This document shows, piece by piece, positions 21,485-30,715 of a DNA stretch of 64,000 nucleotides. How positions within the stretch are numbered: position 1 is the stretch's first letter; every line of letters starts with the position of its first letter. Position numbers and translations under genes: made by a program. The stretch is from Candidatus Uhrbacteria bacterium. Its GTDB lineage: Bacteria; Patescibacteriota; Patescibacteriia; 2-12-FULL-60-25. The stretch lies in the NCBI GenBank assembly GCA_027330985.1, contig DAHVZI010000002.1, positions 75,162 to 139,161 of the forward strand. The letters are read 5' to 3'. The notes under the pieces are model-generated. The model was not told the origin of the DNA. It worked only from the letters and a program-made list of their open reading frames with translations, and made no database searches.

Positions 21485-23870
21485 AGCCGCGGCTAATTTT
21501 TTCGGTCCGCAGTTTGCCGCGAGATGAAGTGATCGTCTGGTCCAGATCCAATTGCTCCAGGAATTCGGTGTCGTGGCTGATGACGACGAAAGTCGTTTCG
21601 GGATGATTGATTTTTTCTTGGTTCAAGATCCGTGCGATGTCTTTTTTAGTCGGTGCATCGACCGAGGCCGTAGGTTCATCCAGATAGACGACGCGCGATT
21701 TTTCCGTGCGGATCTTAAGCAGCGTGCGGGCTAACCCGATACGCGAAGTCTCGCCACCTGAAGTACCGCTTTGGTCGCCGCGTCCGCTCGTCAATTTTTC
21801 CTGCAGATTAGGGAAGCGTTGCGTCAATCCGACTTCCTGCAGGATAGCTTTGAGTTCTTCCTCCGGCACATCTCCTTTGACTCCGAAGAGCAGGTTGTCT
21901 TTGATGCTGCCGTCGAAGATGTAAGGGAATTGAGAAAGATAGGCGATCTTGCGGTAGATGGCATCAGGGCCGGATTTTTTTATGTCTTGGACGGGCACAG
22001 GAGAATCGAGCATTTTTCCAGAATCATCAGGCGTCTCACGAGTGCCGAAAAACGCCTGACCTTTCGTCGGTGTGTAATAACCTGACATGATCTTGAGCAA
22101 TGTGCTTTTGCCGCCACCTGATTGCCCTTGGATACTGCAGAAGGAACCGCCCGGGATGCGCGCAGAAGCGCGGTCTAGGATTTTTCGGTCTCTATATTGC
22201 ACCGTGATGTCATCGAGGACGATGTCATTGCCCTGTACTTCATCCATGCCGACGCGTTCGAGCTCGCGTCCTTTCTCTTCCTTGGCGTGTCCGTTGAACA
22301 TGAGCTCCATCTCCATGATGCTGCGCAGGTCGCGTTGCAGCCTACGTTTCATATCCAACATGGTCCGCATGCCTTCGGAGAAATTCCCCGAATACACCAA
22401 GGCAGCGACAAAGCCGCTCGAGCCACCGTTAGTCAGATAGGTGACGATGGCTGCGGTGAACGCATTGAAGACACCGAAGAAGCGGGAGATGTTGTCCTGG
22501 ACCATCTGCAGGACGTTCTCTTGTGCATCGGCAGAGCGTGCTTCACGCATGAGTTTCTCCAGGCGTTCCTGCAGCTGGTCCTTTTCGCCGGATAAGACGG
22601 TCTCCAGATGGGCGCTCATCTGTTCGCTCAAGGCATGCGAGAGCTCCTCGGCGCGTCTTTCGACGTCTTTGCGTTTTTTCCAGAATTTTCCCCTTTTCTG
22701 CAGCTGGCGGTCGAGCATCAACATAAGTCCGGCTCCGGCAATCGTGCCGACGGCCAGTTTGGGATCCTTGTATGACAATACCGCAATGCTGGTGAGAAGG
22801 GTCGTGATGGTGGGCAAAAGGTTATAGCTCACATTGCGCATGACCGACTCGTAGCCCTGTTGTGCATTACCGGCGCGACGTCGGATGGCGTCTTCGCCGA
22901 ATTCGCGGATACTGCCACCCGGAAAATAGGCGAAATTCTCGGCCATGTATTCGTTGAATCCGCCTTCCTTGGATACGTTGCCTTGCATGAATTTCTCGAA
23001 CCAGGCGTTGATGCCGATGGTCGCTCCTGTGCTCATGATTTCGGACAGCCCATATAGCCCGATATGCGTGATGTCGACGTCAGAACCTTTGAAGGCGTCG
23101 GCCAAAAGAGCCGGGGCTATGCCGCGCAACAGAGCGGGGATCATCAACGCCACCGAGAGCGCGAGATATTTACCGCGTTCACCACCGAGGTAGCGCCGGA
23201 ACAACTCGTTAGTATGCTTGATCGTCTGAATTTTGTGTAAAGGCAGGCTTTGGAGATCCTCGATGTCGCAGAGCGTGATCAAATCCTTTATTTCTTCCTC
23301 AGTGAAGCCTGCTTTGCCGTATTTTTCCTGTAAACGGCCGAGCAGCAGCTTTTGCGGGAATTCTTTCTCCACGAATTCTTGACGTTCTTCCTCCGAATAA
23401 AAATTGCGTTTGCCGATCTCCGTCTCGTGAATGATCTCTTGCTTGGTTTCGCGCAGCGTGTCGCGGAAGACGTGGGCATTTTCCGCTTCGCGGAATGCGT
23501 CGAAGTAGCGCGTCAGAGTCTCGGTTAATTCGGCTTCCTGGTCGGGCGGCAAGACGGCTCCTTCGCCTTTGAAGTGCGCGATGTCATGCGCCAAGTTACG
23601 GATTCGTCCGGCGTCTTCAGTCGAAAGTTCAGAAACATAACTTTCTGTTTTGGAACGTGCGGTGATCCCGCGGCGGATGTCGAGCGTCTGTTGCAGAAGC
23701 TCTTTGGGCATCTTTTCCGTACCGAAGAATTCCAGCAGTATCTGTTTGACGTCATCCAAAAAAAGCTGCCTTTCCTGTGCGGCGGTTTTTTTATCCCGCG
23801 AAAATTCTTGTTTGCGCGGGCTGGGTGTCTCTTGAGTGGGAGCGAAGGGATGGGAAAAAGACTCGGCCAT
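21450..23870 (-). CDS. ABC transporter, fused permease/ATP-binding protein (exporter type) with ~200-aa N-terminal extension
   Basis: 806 aa. Walker A (GQSGGGKSTLLK), degenerate signature (SGGETSRIGLAR) and Walker B (VVYLDEPTASVD). Overlaps the murA 3' end convergently by 35 nt. Confidence 0.75.
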   Translation of the reverse strand: MAESFSHPFAPTQETPSPRKQEFSRDKKTAAQERQLFLDDVKQILLEFFGTEKMPKELLQQTLDIRRGITARSKTESYVSELSTEDAGRIRNLAHDIAHFKGEGAVLPPDQEAELTETLTRYFDAFREAENAHVFRDTLRETKQEIIHETEIGKRNFYSEEERQEFVEKEFPQKLLLGRLQEKYGKAGFTEEEIKDLITLCDIEDLQSLPLHKIQTIKHTNELFRRYLGGERGKYLALSVALMIPALLRGIAPALLADAFKGSDVDITHIGLYGLSEIMSTGATIGINAWFEKFMQGNVSKEGGFNEYMAENFAYFPGGSIREFGEDAIRRRAGNAQQGYESVMRNVSYNLLPTITTLLTSIAVLSYKDPKLAVGTIAGAGLMLMLDRQLQKRGKFWKKRKDVERRAEELSHALSEQMSAHLETVLSGEKDQLQERLEKLMREARSADAQENVLQMVQDNISRFFGVFNAFTAAIVTYLTNGGSSGFVAALVYSGNFSEGMRTMLDMKRRLQRDLRSIMEMELMFNGHAKEEKGRELERVGMDEVQGNDIVLDDITVQYRDRKILDRASARIPGGSFCSIQGQSGGGKSTLLKIMSGYYTPTKGQAFFGTRETPDDSGKMLDSPVPVQDIKKSGPDAIYRKIAYLSQFPYIFDGSIKDNLLFGVKGDVPEEELKAILQEVGLTQRFPNLQEKLTSGRGDQSGTSGGETSRIGLARTLLKIRTEKSRVVYLDEPTASVDAPTKKDIARILNQEKINHPETTFVVISHDTEFLEQLDLDQTITSSRGKLRTEKISRGSTPPRSLPPAS

Positions 23871-23906
23871 ATGGACGTAAGAATAACATGAAAAATGCCT
23901 CTTAGC

Positions 23907-24884
23907 TCATCGGCTATTCTCGAACATGATCGAAAGCAATCGGTCCCTTTTCGCCAGGTCTTTCTTGATCTCGATCAGAGCTGAAGGGAATAGGGTCTTG
24001 GCGAGTTTCTTCAGCTCTTTGGCCTGAGGCGGATCGAACTCAAGATAAATCGAGATGTGCTTGAACGGCAGTCGGTTCTCGTGGAATGCGATCTGATCCA
24101 AAAGTTTGATGATCAGCTCAAGACCTTCGCGGCCAGTGAAGAGCGCTTTTGATGGTTCGTATCTGACGACATCGGGATCAAGGATTTTTTTGTCTGACAA
24201 AGGAAGATAAGGGAGATTGGCGGCGATGACGAGTGAGCCGAATTTCCTTGAAAGGGATTTAAGCCTCTTCAGCATCTTGGCATCAAGAAGGCTGGCGTGG
24301 ACGAATGATACGTCGTCAGCTTTCAGGCGTCGTGCGTTACGACGAGCCACTTTGAGCGCGGCGGGTGACGAGTCTGTCGCGATGACGGTCGCCTCCCGTA
24401 ATTCCTTAGCGAGGGTTATGGCTATGGCGCCGGATCCAGTGCCGATGTCACAGACAAGTAATCCCTCCTTTCCTCCCCTTAGCTTAAGGGGAGGTCGGGT
24501 GGGGTTATGGTTCGCAAGAATGGAATCGATCATCAGCTCCGTCTCCGGTCGTGGGATCAGTACGTCTGGCGTGACGATGAAGTCGCGGCCGTAGAATTCC
24601 TTTTCGCCTAGGATATAGGCGATGGGTTCGTGTTTGAGGCGACGGGAGACGAGTCTGGAAAATAGATGATAGATGATAGAGGGTAGAGGGTAGAGGGGGT
24701 GGGCGAGGAGGAAAACGCGGTCGCGATTCAGGACGTGGGACAGCAGGATTTCCGCCTCAAGGCGTCCGAGGTTTTTTTCTTCGGCGCACATGATTCGTTT
24801 GGGCTGCAGCTTGGTCGCTGCTTCTTTGATGGCTTCAGCTGTGGTCATGAGTCGTAGGATGAGGTAAGTAGCGTCCCGAGTCAA
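23907..24884 (-). CDS. prmC: Release-factor glutamine N5-methyltransferase PrmC/HemK
   Basis: SAM-binding motif (VCDIGTGSGAIAI). Variant substrate motif NLPY in place of NPPY. Confidence 0.7.
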   Translation of the reverse strand: MTRDATYLILRLMTTAEAIKEAATKLQPKRIMCAEEKNLGRLEAEILLSHVLNRDRVFLLAHPLYPLPSIIYHLFSRLVSRRLKHEPIAYILGEKEFYGRDFIVTPDVLIPRPETELMIDSILANHNPTRPPLKLRGGKEGLLVCDIGTGSGAIAITLAKELREATVIATDSSPAALKVARRNARRLKADDVSFVHASLLDAKMLKRLKSLSRKFGSLVIAANLPYLPLSDKKILDPDVVRYEPSKALFTGREGLELIIKLLDQIAFHENRLPFKHISIYLEFDPPQAKELKKLAKTLFPSALIEIKKDLAKRDRLLSIMFENSR

Positions 24885-24914
24885 ACCAAAACCCGCCTTG
24901 CGGCGGGTTTTATC

Positions 24915-25670
24915 TTAAGGCATCGGAGGTGCCGGCATGGGACGCATCATCTGGTTCGGGCGCGGACGTCTGTGCACGGGTGCTTCCCAAGGCCGAATTT
25001 CTTCGGCGAAGAAAGAATCCTCATCCAGCATGTGGCCGATGATCTTTACGGGCGTGCCTGTGGCATCGCCGATCATCGGAGGCCAGAACGCATTCTCATC
25101 CACTACGGTCCAGGTGTTGCCGTCCCAGTCCATGATCAGGAAGTTGGGTCCGATCGGCGCTTGGATGATCTCGCCGGAGAGCAAGCCGACATCCGGCCGC
25201 GACCAGATGGCGCGTTTTTGCGCCAGAGAGCTGGGGAAGCTCGGCATGCTCAAATCCAGATAGTTGTCGATCGTCGCACCCATCCCGCCGAAGTGGAAGG
25301 CGAGGCCCAGGAGCAAGGAGAGCAGCAGGTTGGATCCGATGATGTAGATCGGACGGATGCGATAACCGCGATCGGTATGCTTGAAATCGAAGTAGGCTGC
25401 GACAAAGAGGATTGCCAGCAAGGCGATCCAGAAGAAAGGCAGGACCGTGAATACGGTATCCAGGAAAGTCAGACGCAGACGCGGCAGGAGGCTCCATTCA
25501 CGGTCGCTCAAGAAGTAGATCGTGCTGGCCGTGGCCAATCCGCCGAGCAGGATGGAGAAGAAATAGACGAGCCAGAGCGAGGCGCGTTTGAGCAAAAATA
25601 ACCACCGGCCACGCGGCGTGAGCCGCTTGGTCTCGAGTTCCTGTAGGACTTTTTCGCTGATGTCTGCCAT
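24915..25670 (-). CDS. Polytopic membrane protein, putative anti-sigma / sigma-associated regulator
   Basis: Start taken at the internal ATG (MADISEK), 4-5 nt downstream of the ECF sigma stop. It has 3-4 TM helices, then an extracytoplasmic domain and a Pro-rich tail. Confidence 0.4.
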   Translation of the reverse strand: MADISEKVLQELETKRLTPRGRWLFLLKRASLWLVYFFSILLGGLATASTIYFLSDREWSLLPRLRLTFLDTVFTVLPFFWIALLAILFVAAYFDFKHTDRGYRIRPIYIIGSNLLLSLLLGLAFHFGGMGATIDNYLDLSMPSFPSSLAQKRAIWSRPDVGLLSGEIIQAPIGPNFLIMDWDGNTWTVVDENAFWPPMIGDATGTPVKIIGHMLDEDSFFAEEIRPWEAPVHRRPRPNQMMRPMPAPPMP

Positions 25671-25674
25671 ATGT

Positions 25675-26244
25675 TTAGAATTCCAGGTTGAGTTTCCGTG
25701 CTTCCTGCTTGAATTTCCCTTTGGCGCGGCGGAGCAGGGTACCGATGGTGCCGAGCGGTTTGCGCAACACATCCGAGATCTCGTTATAGTCCAGACCTTC
25801 GAGATATTTCAGGATCAGAACTTCGCGGTATTTATCGTCCATCTTGCCCAAGACGCGATGCAGGTTGGCGACAAGTTCGTGCGTCTCGGCGGTTTTCTTG
25901 ATGTCGAGGTCTGATGCCAGGTTAAGGAACGCATCGTCTTCGAGTTCAGCTGATTGGGGACGTGCTTTGACTTTGCGGAAGTGACTCATCGTTTCGTTGT
26001 GCGCTATGCGGTAGATCCAGGACGAGAATTTGAGTTTGCGGTCAAAACCGTTGAGGTTGAGATAGGTCTTGAGGAAGATCTCCTGCAGGATATCCTCGGC
26101 GTCCTCTAAAGAGGCGCTGGAGATGCGTCGGATGTAGCGCAAAAGACGTTCCTCATAACGGCGCATCAAGGGGAGGAAATGCTCTTTATCCTGCAAAGCC
26201 AGGGCAACCAGCTCCGTGTCGCTCAGTTCGGAATAGTCCTGCAT
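25675..26244 (-). CDS. RNA polymerase sigma-70 factor, ECF subfamily
   Basis: Sigma-70 region 2 (FSSWIYRIAHNETMSHFR) and region 4 (LDYNEISDVLRKPLGTIGTLLRRAK). Start taken at MQDYSELSD. Confidence 0.85.
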   Translation of the reverse strand: MQDYSELSDTELVALALQDKEHFLPLMRRYEERLLRYIRRISSASLEDAEDILQEIFLKTYLNLNGFDRKLKFSSWIYRIAHNETMSHFRKVKARPQSAELEDDAFLNLASDLDIKKTAETHELVANLHRVLGKMDDKYREVLILKYLEGLDYNEISDVLRKPLGTIGTLLRRAKGKFKQEARKLNLEF

Positions 26245-26311
26245 AGGTACAACTCTAACATAAATACGTGAAAAATCACGTTTTTCTTTCAAAATGCCCG
26301 TAAATAATGAC

Positions 26312-26340
26312 TTGATTTAAATGTTTTTATTGGTTAATAT
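26312..26340 (+). promoter_or_regulatory. Putative sigma-70 promoter upstream of tRNA-Val (-35 TTGATT, 17-nt spacer, -10 TAATAT)
   Basis: Read directly from the AT-rich sequence about 105 nt upstream of the tRNA. Confidence 0.3.
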
Positions 26341-26446
26341 CCACCCACCTTCGCCGAAGCTGCGATCGGCAGGTCCACGTTCCGGACGTTTAGCTTCACC
26401 CTGCGCAAAAGCTACGGGTGACAGGACGCCGAACGTAATCAGTTCA

Positions 26447-26523
26447 GGACGTTTAGCTCAGTTGGTTAGAGCGTTCGATTCACATTCGAAAGGTCGCAGG
26501 TTCGAATCCTGCAACGTCCACCA
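26447..26523 (+). tRNA. tRNA-Val (anticodon CAC), CCA encoded
   Basis: Manual cloverleaf fold. Acceptor stem GGACGTT/AACGTCC, D-arm TAGCTCAGTTGGTTAGAGC, anticodon stem TTCGA/TCGAA with loop TTCACAT, T-arm GCAGG-TTCGAAT-CCTGC, discriminator A, then CCA. Confidence 0.85.
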
Positions 26524-26531
26524 GGCAAGAT

Positions 26532-26561
26532 GCACGGTCAAAAGCCGTGCGTTTTGATTTT
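26532..26561 (+). terminator. Rho-independent terminator after tRNA-Val
   Basis: Hairpin GCACGG-tcaaaag-CCGTGC followed by GTTTTGATTTT. Confidence 0.6.
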
Positions 26562-26687
26562 AAGAAGCGCGGGTAAGAATTCAGTTGCAGGATGAGGACG
26601 GGAAGGGGGTCGGGGAAACGGGAGTTTCCCCTTGGCGGAAGTGTTGAAACCGCTGGGTTTCAAAGAGACCGGAGGTCGATGTGAGAT

Positions 26688-26745
26688 TCCTGCAACGTCC
26701 ACCAGCAAGATGCACGGTCAAAAGCCGTGCGTTTTGATTTTTGTC
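26688..26745 (+). repeat. Direct repeat: second copy of tRNA-Val 3' end (TCCTGCAACGTCCACCA) plus the downstream terminator, about 180 nt after the first copy
   Basis: About 55 nt are identical to 26508..26565 apart from a single-base indel. The duplicates flank a segment carrying two perfect 8-bp hairpins. A shorter 12-nt copy of the tRNA 5' end (GGACGTTTAGCT) also lies about 55 nt upstream of the tRNA. Confidence 0.7.
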
Positions 26746-26791
26746 GTAAACGTTTAACGGACCGCGAGGGCGGTCCGTTGGGAGAGGGGGT

Positions 26792-27298
26792 TCACGGCGT
26801 CACGAAGAAGCCGTCTTTCTTGGGGTCGAAGCGCTTGACCGCGACCTCGACTTTGGCGTCGGTCGTGCGGCGCAGGCGGTTGAGCTCTTTCTTGATCGCG
26901 GTCGCGAGCTTCTTGGCGTAGGTGGCGCGCTTCGCGTGTGTCCGTTCGGGCATGTCGAAAAGGAGTTCGACGATGACGGTGGCAAGCGGATACGGGTCAG
27001 TAGGCACGCTTGGATCGTGGGGGAAGGAGCAGGTGATGCCGTCGGGCGACAGCTTCCAGAATCTGGCCGTCACCTGGATGATCACCATCTCGAGAGCGTT
27101 GCGCCAGTCGTCTGGCATGTCGTGGTGCGAATGTTCCTTGGGTTTCGGCGCGTCAGATTCACCCTCGAACCAGGGCTGAACGTTATCGTCAACCTGTGGA
27201 CCGTACATCACCGGCGTGTCCATAAGTTCCGCGAGCGAAGCCGGCGGTGCATGTTCAGGTTGGCGCGGAGAGATGTTTAAGCAGACGATGTGGGGCAT
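26792..27298 (-). CDS. Hypothetical protein
   Basis: 168-aa ORF. No recognisable domain. Confidence 0.35.
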   Translation of the reverse strand: MPHIVCLNISPRQPEHAPPASLAELMDTPVMYGPQVDDNVQPWFEGESDAPKPKEHSHHDMPDDWRNALEMVIIQVTARFWKLSPDGITCSFPHDPSVPTDPYPLATVIVELLFDMPERTHAKRATYAKKLATAIKKELNRLRRTTDAKVEVAVKRFDPKKDGFFVTP

Positions 27299-27430
27299 GA
27301 GTTCCTCCGGGAAAGGTACGCGGCGATTTAAATATGGTGCAGCGGATATGTCAAACGCCGATAGATGGGAAAGCCGCCCCGGTGAGAGAGGGCGGCTCGT
27401 GGGAGCGCGGTGAGTCAGATGGCGGCGAAG

Positions 27431-27906
27431 TCAGTCGTCCACTTGGCTGTCGATCTGTAGGATGGTCTCCACGTGCTCGCGGGTATCAGGAGAAGCGAGC
27501 TCGCTACGGTGTTCATCAACCTCGACGTCGATGAAGCCGACTATGCCTATCATGAGTGCCTCATCCCAGGCTTCGGGTAATCCCGAGAACGAGAAGACCC
27601 AGCCGTCGATAGTACGGATGGCCCCGCCCCACCGGTCAAGCGCAGGGTCACGACTTTGCCAGCTGGTACGATGCCCAGGATGAGCATGAAGACGAAGAGC
27701 TTTCTCGGCGGAAAGATGCTTGTAGCGCTCGTCCTTTTCTGAAGAGGTTTTTCCGATCCGTTGGTGGATGAAAACTTCACCATCGGGGCGGAGGATGCAA
27801 AGCCATCCGCCTTTCCTATGGCGATCTTTCGTCTCAAGGTGGGAATTGATGAGGTGCAGGAATAAGGTGACCGAATCGCGGATGTCTGCCTGTTCGGGCG
27901 TCATGA
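27431..27906 (-). CDS. Hypothetical protein with His-rich HxHxGH..S..D segment (weakly JAB/MPN-metalloprotease-like)
   Basis: The track ORF extends to 28120 and overlaps the divergent nucleotidyltransferase gene. Start taken at the internal ATG (MTPEQADIRD). The motif LHAHPGHRTSWQSRD only loosely fits JAMM. Confidence 0.3.
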
Positions 27907-28018
27907 GTGCCTCCAAGGTTCGTTTTGCTGCTTCATTCAAGCATATCAAATGGTAAAGGACAATTTTTAACCTTTGGTTAGTTTTGGTTTGGTGCAGAAT
28001 GTGCAAGAATGTATCCAT

Positions 28019-28768
28019 ATGATCAAACGCGCCATCATATTGGCCGGAGGGCAGGGGACGAGGTTGCGTCCTGTGACTTTGGAGACGCCCAAGCCGCTCG
28101 TGACCGTGCAAGGCACGCATATCGCGACATGGCTTCTGCAGCTATTCGCGAAGCATGGTGTTGAAGACGTGACTGTCATCTATCCGACGGCGTGGAAAAA
28201 AAAATTTGAGGAGTGGGGAGAAAGCGTACCGCGTACTTCGTACCGCGTACCGCGGATAGAACTTCATGAAGAAAGAGAACCGATGGGGACCATGGGGGCG
28301 TTGGTGCATGAGGTGGATTTGGGAGACGCGCCGGTGTTCGTCACGAATGGTGACGAACTCAAAGGACTTGATCTGGCGCGCTTATCAGAATTCCATGAGG
28401 AGCAGAAGAGAGCTGATCCGCAGCATGCTGCGACGATAGCTTTGGTACGCGTTCCGAATCCGTCGGAATACGGCGTGGCGGAAATGGACGGTCATAGGAT
28501 CGTACGATTCCATGAGAAACCGGCGATACCGCCTTCGACCCTGATCTCTTCCGGACTTTACGTCATCGAGCCGGATGTTTTGAAAGAAACCGTAGGGGCG
28601 AATAATCATTCGCCACTACCTAAGTTCCTGATGTTCGAAAAAGATCTGTTTCCTCAGCTGGCGGAACAGCGCCGTCTTGCAGGTTGTCAACTTGAAGGGC
28701 AGTGGTACGACTGCGGGACTCTCGAGCGTTGGGAGAAGGCGATCAAGGAGTGGCAGGGCCTCGCCTAA
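28019..28768 (+). CDS. Sugar-phosphate nucleotidyltransferase (G1P thymidylyl-/M1P guanylyl-transferase family)
   Basis: N-terminal AIILAGGQGTRLRP...PKPLV signature. Start taken at MIKRAIILAGG. Confidence 0.75.
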   Translation: MIKRAIILAGGQGTRLRPVTLETPKPLVTVQGTHIATWLLQLFAKHGVEDVTVIYPTAWKKKFEEWGESVPRTSYRVPRIELHEEREPMGTMGALVHEVDLGDAPVFVTNGDELKGLDLARLSEFHEEQKRADPQHAATIALVRVPNPSEYGVAEMDGHRIVRFHEKPAIPPSTLISSGLYVIEPDVLKETVGANNHSPLPKFLMFEKDLFPQLAEQRRLAGCQLEGQWYDCGTLERWEKAIKEWQGLA

Positions 28769-28796
28769 GTGCGGTTTTGTTTGTATCATCTTAGCC

Positions 28797-30026
28797 ATGT
28801 CATCGAACCTCGCTCCTTGGTGGAAAAGGATTTTTTCTGCGCACAGTATCCAGAAGATAGATCGATATAGCTTGGAGATCGTCACGACTCCGGCCGAGTT
28901 GGCGTTGCAGGACCAGTTGCCTTTGGAGATCAGATACGTGTTGGCGCTCAAGCCATCGCGCTTCGAGACTTTAAGGGAGATGTTGGAGGCGGGCTATGGC
29001 ATCGCTGTAAGATCGATGGACTGCACGCCTGAACGTCTGCTCTTGGCTATCGACAGGATATCCCGTTTCACCCAGTACAATACGATAGTGCCTTGGTTGC
29101 CTAACCTGCTGCGTAACGAAGAACTTCCGGTGTTCAGCGAACGCGAGCTACGCGAAGCGGAGGAGCAGGGGGTTAACCTGTATGAAGAAGCTAAGTCCAT
29201 CCTGGAGCAGCGCTTCGAATTCAAGAAGATCGTACTAGTGGATCTGCACAACAGATGCATCAACGAAACGCAGCGGCAGTCGATGTATGAGATCAACCAA
29301 GACCTTTATCCGTTGGCCATAGACGCCATAGTGCACCGCGTGGTCTTCGACAACGCACACTCACGGACGGAGATAGCGCAGACTTTGATCAAGGCGTTGA
29401 TCATCATCGGTCCGATCGCGCATATCTTGGAACATACACTGACCGGCTTGGGTAAGATCTTCGCTGCAAGTTCCGACGATCTGTTGGCGGAGTTGGCGGA
29501 GCTTTTCGCCTTGCGCGGTTCGGGATTCACCTGGCGGCAACTGCTCAAGCGTTCGCGTCTGTTGATTCCGGTATTCATATTGGCGACATATGCCGTCTTC
29601 CAGGTCGAGCCCTTGTTGCACGCAGGAAGGCCGATCACTGCGGGCATCCTGTTCGGATTTTCGGCGGTCGCGCTGTCGCTCGTCACGGCTATACAGTCGA
29701 TCTTCATGTTCCGCAGTTCCTATGTCGCGTTATGCGCAGAAAAGAAGATGGTGCTGAAGACGGGGGAGTCGCTTTTTCGTTGGGCTTTCAGACAGGACTT
29801 CTTGAACCCCGCGCGGCTGGGGTTGTTCATCGGTGCCGCATGCTCTCCTGTGCTTGCCGCTTTGGTCTTCAGTTTTTTCCCCGAGCTGTCGAAAAACGGC
29901 TGGATTTTGGCCGGTTTGGGCTCGGTAGAATCGATTGTCGCAGGTTTGGCGGTATATAACGCAAAATTCGTCGAAAAAGCCTGGTTCAGGCATAAGATAC
30001 TGGGCAGGATGAGAAGGATGGCGTAA
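28797..30026 (+). CDS. Hypothetical membrane protein (C-terminal multi-TM region)
   Basis: Start taken at the ATG (MSSNLAPWW) after the upstream gene's stop. The C-terminal third has about 4 hydrophobic helices. Confidence 0.4.
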   Translation: MSSNLAPWWKRIFSAHSIQKIDRYSLEIVTTPAELALQDQLPLEIRYVLALKPSRFETLREMLEAGYGIAVRSMDCTPERLLLAIDRISRFTQYNTIVPWLPNLLRNEELPVFSERELREAEEQGVNLYEEAKSILEQRFEFKKIVLVDLHNRCINETQRQSMYEINQDLYPLAIDAIVHRVVFDNAHSRTEIAQTLIKALIIIGPIAHILEHTLTGLGKIFAASSDDLLAELAELFALRGSGFTWRQLLKRSRLLIPVFILATYAVFQVEPLLHAGRPITAGILFGFSAVALSLVTAIQSIFMFRSSYVALCAEKKMVLKTGESLFRWAFRQDFLNPARLGLFIGAACSPVLAALVFSFFPELSKNGWILAGLGSVESIVAGLAVYNAKFVEKAWFRHKILGRMRRMA

Positions 30027-30098
30027 ACCTTAAATTGAACCTATAATATCTTTCACGCCTACTCGACAGACGTCTAAATAAAGGTTAATGTAACCAAC

Positions 30099-30704
30099 AT
30101 GAATAATCCATTTTCGCGTAAAAATGCAGAAACTGGCGACAAGAAGGCAGCTGGTTTTACCGTAGGCCTGGTGATCGAGTTCGTGCAGGTATTGGCCATA
30201 TCTTTGGCCATCATCATTCCGGTGCGCTATTTCCTGATCCAACCGTTTTACGTGAAAGGCGCTTCGATGGAGCCGAGCTTCTGGGATCATGAATATCTGA
30301 TCATCGACGAACTAAGCTATCGGTTCACTACCCCTGAACGCGGCGACATAGTCGTCTTCCGTTACCCCAACGATCCGAAGCAGTTCTTCATCAAACGCGT
30401 CATCGGATTGCCGGGCGAGACGGTGGAGATAGCCGGCGGACAGATCAAGATATACAACGACAAGAACCCCAACGGCGCGGTCTTGGACGAGACGTCGTAT
30501 CTGGATCAGGACTATACGACCATGACGCGGACCGTGACCCTGAAAGCGGATGAGTATTACGTCTTGGGCGACAACCGCATCGCAAGTTTGGATTCGCGTC
30601 TGTTCGGACCGATCAAAAAAGACGCGATTGTAGGACGCGTGTGGCTGCGCGGTTGGCCGCCGGAACGCTGGAAGGTGTTCGCCGAGCAGAACTACGCCCT
30701 CTAA
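30099..30704 (+). CDS. lepB: Signal peptidase I
   Basis: Catalytic Ser motif (KGASMEPSF) and Lys box (FIKRVIGLPGE), followed by VLGDNRIASLDSR. Confidence 0.9.
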   Translation: MNNPFSRKNAETGDKKAAGFTVGLVIEFVQVLAISLAIIIPVRYFLIQPFYVKGASMEPSFWDHEYLIIDELSYRFTTPERGDIVVFRYPNDPKQFFIKRVIGLPGETVEIAGGQIKIYNDKNPNGAVLDETSYLDQDYTTMTRTVTLKADEYYVLGDNRIASLDSRLFGPIKKDAIVGRVWLRGWPPERWKVFAEQNYAL

Positions 30705-30715
30705 CGAAAAATATT

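Noticed and set aside
26321-26557. 78-aa plus-strand ORF
   Set aside because: It spans the tRNA-Val gene and its terminator, so it is a non-coding RNA locus.
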